DNA of 13,330 bases, taken from Candidatus Micrarchaeota archaeon. GTDB lineage: Archaea > Micrarchaeota > Micrarchaeia > Norongarragalinales > SBBD01. The stretch covers positions 1 through 13,330 of the forward strand of contig JBDRLB010000009.1 of assembly GCA_043813365.1 (NCBI GenBank), in the 5' to 3' direction. A program made the translations under genes and the position numbers. The notes beneath the pieces were generated by a model. The model saw only the letters and a program-made list of their open reading frames with translations. It was not told the DNA's origin and ran no database searches. This document shows positions 7,811-13,330 of this stretch, one piece after another (the first letter of the stretch is position 1; each line of letters opens with the position of its first letter).

Positions 7811-8458
7811 TCAACTCGGCCGAAAGCCGCACGTCTCCTCCTCATTCACCGGCGGCGTGTCGAAATTAAGGCATTGATCCGGGTCATTATGCATGCAATC
7901 CTCAATGAAAAGGAATTTATCCGGCGGATAGCTCGTTTTGGAGCCGCACTTTATCGCGATCATATAGACCGTTTTATCCAGCGGCACCTTGTCGGAGGGG
8001 CTCAGTGGGAGTATGGTTTCATTATATGCCGCCTTATCGACGATGATGTTGTTCCTCACGAACGAGTGGAGCCTCACATCCTTGCCCTTGAAATCAGTGC
8101 GGGCGACCCCGTAGCAATCCGATATTCCGGGCGAGAGCACTTCCACGATGAGCGATTGCTTGTTGTCGTCCTTGTAATGCCTATATGTGACATTGACGCC
8201 GTACCTTGCATCATCATCCCTCCCCACATTGAGGCTCGGCTCGAAAACGTAGCTCCTCTGCTCATCCTCAACAGGCGAGTCTATTATCTGGTTCAGCCTG
8301 TTCGCAATGGAATCCGCAATGCGCTGCGCCTGCAATTTGCACACGTTCCCCCTCTCCCTCTGTTCGAAAACGAGTATTATTGAGAACAGCGCAAAGATGA
8401 AGAATAGCATGGCGAATTTCGTCAGCATCCACATGGCCATCTGGCCGCGCTTTCCCAT
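7811..8458 (-). CDS. Hypothetical pilin-like protein with class III signal peptide
   Basis: MGKRG|QMAMWMLTKFAMLFFIFALFSII; AGGTG SD upstream of the ATG at 8458; several C-terminal Cys. Confidence 0.75.
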   Translation of the reverse strand: MGKRGQMAMWMLTKFAMLFFIFALFSIILVFEQRERGNVCKLQAQRIADSIANRLNQIIDSPVEDEQRSYVFEPSLNVGRDDDARYGVNVTYRHYKDDNKQSLIVEVLSPGISDCYGVARTDFKGKDVRLHSFVRNNIIVDKAAYNETILPLSPSDKVPLDKTVYMIAIKCGSKTSYPPDKFLFIEDCMHNDPDQCLNFDTPPVNEEETCGFRPS

Positions 8459-8642
8459 AAAAGTGAACACCTTTAAAAAAGCAGCATCAAATCATGGCGT
8501 TTTACCCCGCAATTCCCCTTCTTCCCCCACTCCTGATCATTAACGCCCCCTGCACAAACACCGTTAATGCAGGCATTCTTAAAAGCATTGCCTTCGTAAA
8601 ATGTGGGAAGGGGAGTATTTTTTCCTAATGCGGATGAATGCC

Positions 8643-8972
8643 ATGGATGATAATTCACAGGATGAGCAATCGCAATCCCAGCCTGACCAGAGGGATTACC
8701 GGAAGCAGCGGGAGGAGTATTTGAAGCAGCAGCAACAGGAGGCGCAGATACGCTCCTTGCTGAAGCAGATACTGGATTCCGCAGCATACGCGCGCCTCTC
8801 CAACATAAGGCTTTCCAACCCCGAACTTTACCAGAAAGTGGCGCAGCTCCTGATTTCACTGTACCAGTCAGGAAGGCTGAAAAACCGAATTGATGAAACC
8901 ACCTTCAAGGCGCTGATGTCCCGGCTGCTTTCCCAGAAAAGGGAAGGGAAAATTACAATAGAAAGGAAATAA
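8643..8972 (+). CDS. PDCD5-family dsDNA-binding protein
   Basis: Gln-rich N-terminus, then LLKQILDSAAYARLSNIRLSNPE...QLLISLYQSGRL...IDETTFKALM...KITIERK; start uncertain (8628-8643). Confidence 0.9.
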   Translation: MDDNSQDEQSQSQPDQRDYRKQREEYLKQQQQEAQIRSLLKQILDSAAYARLSNIRLSNPELYQKVAQLLISLYQSGRLKNRIDETTFKALMSRLLSQKREGKITIERK

Positions 8973-9053
8973 TGTGAAGTGGCGGAATTAGGCGCTTGCT
9001 GGATCATTGCCCCCATTTACAGAAGCATTTGTACTGGCTCAAAGCTATTTTCC

Positions 9054-9530
9054 CTAACTCTCGAATTTTCCGCGGATGTAGCCGAATTCCTCGTGGTCGT
9101 TCCCGCTTCCCATGTCCGTGAACGCAATTGAGACTACGAAATCATAGCTTCCGCCCACACTTGGCACCGGGCCTTGCGGATAGCTCGTGCAGATGATGGA
9201 GAAGTTGCCGTTTGGCGCGACAATAAGTGGCAGCCCCGTATTGCATGCCGTATCCGGCGTCCCGTCATTCGTTCCCACGGTAACCGGAATGTTGACCGTG
9301 AGCCTCCTTCCCAATGAGTTGCCGAATAGTATTATCGCATAAGTGCTATTGACGGAATGGTCCAAATGCGAGAAAGTGGAAAAGCCGCCGGCTGGAGATA
9401 CGGGGCCTGCGAATGAAAACGAGTCGAAAGCGCCCATATACCACAAAATTGCCGTAACGATCACGACAATGAAGATCGCCCATCCGTAGGTGACGAGGTA
9501 TTCCAGCCCGGATTGCGCCCTTGCTTTCAT
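9054..9530 (-). CDS. Archaeal type IV pilin-like protein (paralogue A)
   Basis: MKARA|QSGLEYLVTYGWAIFIVVIVTAILWYMG class III signal peptide with Glu at +5. Confidence 0.88.
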   Translation of the reverse strand: MKARAQSGLEYLVTYGWAIFIVVIVTAILWYMGAFDSFSFAGPVSPAGGFSTFSHLDHSVNSTYAIILFGNSLGRRLTVNIPVTVGTNDGTPDTACNTGLPLIVAPNGNFSIICTSYPQGPVPSVGGSYDFVVSIAFTDMGSGNDHEEFGYIRGKFES

Positions 9531-9655
9531 GTTCAGATTAATGATCGGTGATTAATAACATTAACGTTGCTTGCCCGTAAATCAGTCCACTTTGCCCTTG
9601 ATGGATTTTGCCGGCATGGATGAATTAGGGATTTTTTCATGAGTAAACTTCGCCC

Positions 9656-10570
9656 TTATTCAAATGCGGAAAGCCACGAATCTAGGGAGTTTTCCACGTC
9701 TGAGGCAATGAGCATCGCAAACGGCCGGAAATCACCTGCATCCGCCTTATCAAGAGCCGAATAATATGAGCGCCTCTCCTCCTTCCTTAGGATGGCGGGT
9801 GGAAAACCGGCCTTGATCAGCCGCAAATTCATCAATAGCCGTGCAAGCCTGCCATTTCCATCAACAAATGGGTGAATCCTGACGGTTTGGTAGTGGATTT
9901 TAACTGCTGATTCGAGGGCTTCAATACCTTTGCTCTTATTGTTGAGTTCTGCATAAACCGATTGCATCAATTCGGGCACTTTCCTCCAATTCGGCAAGGT
10001 GATTTTTGAGCCTTCGATGTAAACCTGCTCGTGGCGGTAAAAGCCGGCGTTGAGTGGGTCAATTTTATCCAAAATTGCGGCATGGAGGCTGAGAACGTCC
10101 ATTTCCGTTACTTGGCCGCTTTTGGCGGCGATTTTTTCCAATTGTTGCAGGGCATCCTTATGGTTTGTCGCCTCAAGGTGTTCCTTCAATGATTTTCCGG
10201 CGATCGTCAGCCCTCTTCGCAAAACAAGCCACGTTTCCCTCAAGCTTAGCCGGTTCCCCTCTATTGCATTGGAATTGTAGGTCATGTCCACCTCGAACTT
10301 CGAATTCAGCTTTTCAACTGCTGATGGGGGCAGGGGCCGTAGCGAATTGAGCTTTTCCAGCTTTTCCTCAATTTTTTTAGAAAGCGTGTTTTCTATCCAT
10401 CCACCCTCTTCGGGAATTGCCAACCCTTCCTTCTTGGCGTATTCCTCCGCTTCCTTCTTCGTTGGGAAGTATTTCAGCGCTTTTTGCCTGACTTTATCCT
10501 TAACCCTGGTGTTTTCCACCAATTCGTAATAGTGCGATGTGCCTTTGCGCTTTCTCCGGATGAATGCCAT
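9656..10570 (-). CDS. Fic-domain protein (class II, autoinhibited AMPylase-type) with a basic N-terminal extension
   Basis: Canonical HPFVDGNGRLAR catalytic motif; N-terminal inhibitory SNAIEGN motif. Confidence 0.95.
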   Translation of the reverse strand: MAFIRRKRKGTSHYYELVENTRVKDKVRQKALKYFPTKKEAEEYAKKEGLAIPEEGGWIENTLSKKIEEKLEKLNSLRPLPPSAVEKLNSKFEVDMTYNSNAIEGNRLSLRETWLVLRRGLTIAGKSLKEHLEATNHKDALQQLEKIAAKSGQVTEMDVLSLHAAILDKIDPLNAGFYRHEQVYIEGSKITLPNWRKVPELMQSVYAELNNKSKGIEALESAVKIHYQTVRIHPFVDGNGRLARLLMNLRLIKAGFPPAILRKEERRSYYSALDKADAGDFRPFAMLIASDVENSLDSWLSAFE

Positions 10571-10693
10571 GCCATATTGTAGTGCCTACCTGTTTTTAAG
10601 TTTAACTGTTTTTCTTCCCCACTACATGTTAGTGCTCGTTTGGAATATTGATGGACCAAACCGCCGGAACCCTCAGGCTTGCGCTAATCTTTT

Positions 10694-10759
10694 GAAAAAA
10701 AAGAATCAGGAAAACCTAAAAAATCAGGAATGAAAAATAAAAGAAAAAATAAAAAAGGG
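10694..10759 (-). terminator. Oligo-T-rich putative terminator region after the toxin gene
   Basis: Several T5-T8 tracts on the minus strand; similar to 12003-12058. Confidence 0.5.
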
Positions 10760-10804
10760 CCTAACCCGCATTCCCAAGGGTCAAAAAAGAAATTAAGGAA
10801 AGAT

Positions 10805-11203
10805 TCATTTCTTCCTATAGCCGAACAGCTTGTCATATTCCTTATGGCCGACAATGCCCAATACATCCAGCCAGATGTCAATAATCTCGATTTCAGTCCC
10901 TTCGCGTGAAGGCTGCCTTAAGGTGTAAATCAGCCGCCAATACCCCGATAAATCCACTTTCCAAAGGTTGGTTATGCCGTACTGCTGGAGGTATTTTAGC
11001 GGGAATAGCTTTTTTGGTATTTGTGTGCCGTAATCGTAATTTGCCTTAAGCAATCCTATTTTAGAATCAATCGAACGAAGTAGTGCCTGGTGGAAAGAGC
11101 TTTCTACCCCTTTTTCCCTTTCCTTCCTTGCAAGTTCCTGCAAATTAAGGTATTCTGCTTTTGCTTCCCCTATGAGCCTGATGCTAACGAGTTTTGCTGG
11201 CAT
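10805..11203 (-). CDS. Putative RelE/HigB-superfamily mRNA interferase toxin
   Basis: 132 aa, basic; NLWKVDLSGYWRLIYTL beta-strand pattern and C-terminal HKEYD; 4 bp downstream of a small HTH gene. Assignment by pattern only. Confidence 0.62.
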   Translation of the reverse strand: MPAKLVSIRLIGEAKAEYLNLQELARKEREKGVESSFHQALLRSIDSKIGLLKANYDYGTQIPKKLFPLKYLQQYGITNLWKVDLSGYWRLIYTLRQPSREGTEIEIIDIWLDVLGIVGHKEYDKLFGYRKK

Positions 11204-11207
11204 TCAA

Positions 11208-11480
11208 TCACACTTCCAACCCTTCGCGCTCCATCCTTTCAAGGCCCCTATTTGGGTTGAATGTCCAAATGAAGCCCTTTTTTGTTTCCAGTATGAAGCC
11301 CCTCTTTTCCAGATAACCTAGGGCCACATTGAGGGTCGAGCGCATTACCTTTGTTGGCAACCTGGCAATAATCTGGTTCCTGCTGACCGCAACATCCGCC
11401 TTCTCTATAGCTTCCTCTATTGCCATTACTGTTTTGAGTGTCGGATAATGGATTATCTGAACCTGCAACTGTTTAACCAT
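11208..11480 (-). CDS. Small winged-helix protein, putative antitoxin (copy 1)
   Basis: YPTLKTVMAIEEAI...SRNQIIARLPTKVMRSTLNVALGYLEKRGFILETKKGFIW wHTH pattern; AGGAG SD; operon with the toxin. Confidence 0.72.
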   Translation of the reverse strand: MVKQLQVQIIHYPTLKTVMAIEEAIEKADVAVSRNQIIARLPTKVMRSTLNVALGYLEKRGFILETKKGFIWTFNPNRGLERMEREGLEV

Positions 11481-11497
11481 GCTTAACTCCTATATAT

Positions 11498-11602
11498 TTA
11501 TACCCTGATAAGTATATAACCCTTTGTGCTGCGATTCCTATTTGTATTGAATGCAATCCCGGAATGGCCTTTTAAAAGAATTCGTGCAATCCGGCTTTTC
11601 AT
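11498..11602 (-). pseudogene. Probable 5' remnant of a second toxin gene (34-aa ORF, below the ORF-track cutoff)
   Basis: ATGA overlap with the stop of the upstream wHTH gene; MKSRIARILLKGHSGIAF aligns without gaps to the toxin start MPAKLVSIRLIGEAKAEY. Confidence 0.45.
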
Positions 11603-11868
11603 ACCTCTAACCCTCCTTCCTTAAGTTTTTCCAGCTCGGATGGGGAACGGTAAATCCAAAGCAGCCCTTTGGCCGAAACGAATATTTTGCCGCTCTCCTG
11701 GAGGTAATCCAGAATCTGCAATATTGTGGAATGCATCACCTTCTTCGGAAGCCGCCTTTTCAATTCAGCCACTTTGACCAATTGCCCGGCTTCCTTCAAA
11801 ACCTTCTCTACCATCAGCACGGTATTCAATGTTGGCGAGTGCATTATCTGCATCTGAATGCTTTTCAT
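11599..11868 (-). CDS. Small winged-helix protein, putative orphan antitoxin (copy 2)
   Basis: MKSIQMQIMHSPTLNTVLMVE...RLPKKVMHST...YLQESG...GLEV; clear paralogue of 11208-11480. ATG at 11868 chosen by that alignment. Confidence 0.75.
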   Translation of the reverse strand: MKSIQMQIMHSPTLNTVLMVEKVLKEAGQLVKVAELKRRLPKKVMHSTILQILDYLQESGKIFVSAKGLLWIYRSPSELEKLKEGGLEV

Positions 11869-12002
11869 GTATGTATTTATGCCTATTATATATATAAATA
11901 TATCTATTTTGACTATACAGCTATATTGTAGAAAATTTACGGACTTGTGCTTACCTGAGCTGCCGGTACGGATATGCTTTACGCTGGACAATTAAAAACC
12001 AC

Positions 12003-12043
12003 AGAATCAGAAAAAAGAAAGAAAAAAATAAAAAAAGAAGGGT
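12003..12043 (-). terminator. Oligo-T terminator of the pilin gene
   Basis: CCCTTCTTTTTTTATTTTTTTCTTTCTTTTTT just after the TAA stop on the minus strand. Confidence 0.6.
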
Positions 12044-12046
12044 TTG

Positions 12047-12553
12047 TTAACCCACCTTGCCACGCAAGAACCCGCCAGAGTCAGTCTTTATGAGGCCGCT
12101 TTGTCCATCCGTATACGTGATTGATACGGTCCAATCATATGAGTCTCCGGTCGAGATGTCGGGCAATAGATCGGCTGCGTTTGCGCATATTATATATACT
12201 TTTCCAGTTGCGGAAACAGAACGGGAAGTTCCTGCATCATCGCCCCATGCATCACAATCTGCAGCAACGGGTGCGCCAGTTCCGAGAATATCTCCGGCAG
12301 ATAATGTTATTGATCGACCTAGGGAGTTGCCCAAGACCATTGTGCCAGAATCTGCGCCTGCGGTTGCACTATCCACGACGACCTGATCTATGCATGTGAA
12401 AGCTCCAAAGCCACCACATTCGTTGCCTCCCCTGAATTTGCTAGGATTGAATACTCCCGTGTACCAAAGCACGGCAGCAATGATCACGATTGCCAAAATA
12501 GCCCAGCCGTAAGTAACCAAGTACTCCAGCGCGGATTGTCCTCTCAACTTCAT
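12047..12553 (-). CDS. Archaeal type IV pilin-like protein (paralogue B, possibly the major pilin)
   Basis: MKLRG|QSALEYLVTYGWAILAIVIIAAVLWYTG; AGGTGA SD; own promoter and terminator. Confidence 0.9.
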   Translation of the reverse strand: MKLRGQSALEYLVTYGWAILAIVIIAAVLWYTGVFNPSKFRGGNECGGFGAFTCIDQVVVDSATAGADSGTMVLGNSLGRSITLSAGDILGTGAPVAADCDAWGDDAGTSRSVSATGKVYIICANAADLLPDISTGDSYDWTVSITYTDGQSGLIKTDSGGFLRGKVG

Positions 12554-12607
12554 CCATTATCACCTGATTTTTCCAAATTAAAGTGGTGAAATAATTATAT
12601 TGACCCC

Positions 12608-12622
12608 CTTTAAATACCTTGC
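12608..12622 (-). promoter_or_regulatory. Putative BRE-TATA promoter of pilin B
   Basis: GCAAGGTATTTAAAG on the minus strand, about 55 bp upstream of the ATG. Confidence 0.55.
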
Positions 12623-12740
12623 GGATGGTTTTTCAAAAAGCAAAAATGAGAACCAAACGGCATGCCGCATGGAAAAAACTCCAAAAATATAAAATTGGTA
12701 GAATATCGGATTAGCGCGACTGCACTTATTTCCAATCCCT

Positions 12741-13330
12741 TCAGCACGAATCAACCGTCACGCCGTATTTCGTTGCATTTCCCGCATCCAGCTTCAACCA
12801 ACTGTAAGTGCTGTTCTGCACATTGCATCCCAGAACGGACATGTTGCTGAAATAAAGGAAATCCAAATCGGACTGGTTATCCTTTATGGTCAACCCGATC
12901 TGGCTCAATCGCTGGAGGTTCACGAACCCTTCCAGGCCGATCGCATTAGGGGACATGGATGAATATTTCTCCTGCAGCAGGGGCTCGCCTTCCATTCGGT
13001 CCATGAAGCTCCCTCCCTCCACGGAGCTCAGGTATACCTCCGTAGCAACCGCAATGTCCACATTGGAGGAGTTGTCCACCGGGAAATACGCCTTGCTGAT
13101 TGTGCGTTTCACGAAACCGTTTGTGCTTAGCGGGTATAGCAAATCATCCAGCCCTTCAATGGAAAGCAAGTACGATTCGTTGTAAGTACGTGCAATGGAA
13201 ATCGTGCCCTCGGGGTCGGTAGAATTGATGAAAAGGAGCATGTAGAATATCAGGTTGAAGCTGTCATAGGGGGTTACGTTGAGGTAAAGCGCGGTGATAT
13301 TCGTATTGAACCCGTATCTCCCCCCCAACA
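12741..13330 (-). CDS. C-terminal part of a hypothetical, probably secreted archaeal protein (5'-truncated by the window edge)
   Basis: Frame is open to the window edge; many N-x-S/T sequons (NIT, NVT, NST, NES, NSS, NQS, NMS, NAT); co-oriented with the pilin. Confidence 0.7.
   Translation of the reverse strand, partial: LGGRYGFNTNITALYLNVTPYDSFNLIFYMLLFINSTDPEGTISIARTYNESYLLSIEGLDDLLYPLSTNGFVKRTISKAYFPVDNSSNVDIAVATEVYLSSVEGGSFMDRMEGEPLLQEKYSSMSPNAIGLEGFVNLQRLSQIGLTIKDNQSDLDFLYFSNMSVLGCNVQNSTYSWLKLDAGNATKYGVTVDSC

Noticed and set aside
1108..10570. Fic protein acting as the AMPylase of GlnA's Tyr
   Set aside because: The genes are about 7 kb apart in different contexts; nothing in the sequence links them.
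10690..10800. CRISPR-like repeat (AATCAGGAA twice)
   Set aside because: Only two short low-complexity copies, no regular spacers and no cas genes.
11869..11991. 41-aa N-terminal extension of wHTH copy 2
   Set aside because: Runs through the AT-rich promoter; the paralogue aligns only from the Met at 11868.
9054..12553. Diversity-generating retroelement or pilin cassette switching
   Set aside because: No reverse transcriptase and no near-identical TR/VR pair with adenine-specific differences; the pilins look like old paralogues.

Overview
Archaeal chromosomal window, probably from a DPANN-type lineage (inferred from a BHB-intron tRNA, BRE/TATA promoters, GGTGA/GGAGG SD motifs, a PDCD5 homologue and many class III signal peptide proteins). 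Left half is housekeeping/metabolic: a rhomboid protease with a large insertion, a GSI-beta-like glnA, a DUF2090 aldolase-like gene coupled to a PPi-signature phosphofructokinase, and an intron-containing tRNA-His followed by a highly structured spacer and hisS. Right half is a pilus-like surface locus: three class III signal peptide genes, a PDCD5 gene, and two paralogous pilins. The pilins are separated by a 2.5-kb islet with a Fic gene, a RelE/HigB-like toxin, two paralogous wHTH antitoxin-like genes and an unannotated probable toxin remnant. Best leads: the DUF2090-PFK pair, the structured RNA between tRNA-His and hisS, and the duplicated, decayed TA islet bracketed by pilin-3'-end-like repeats.
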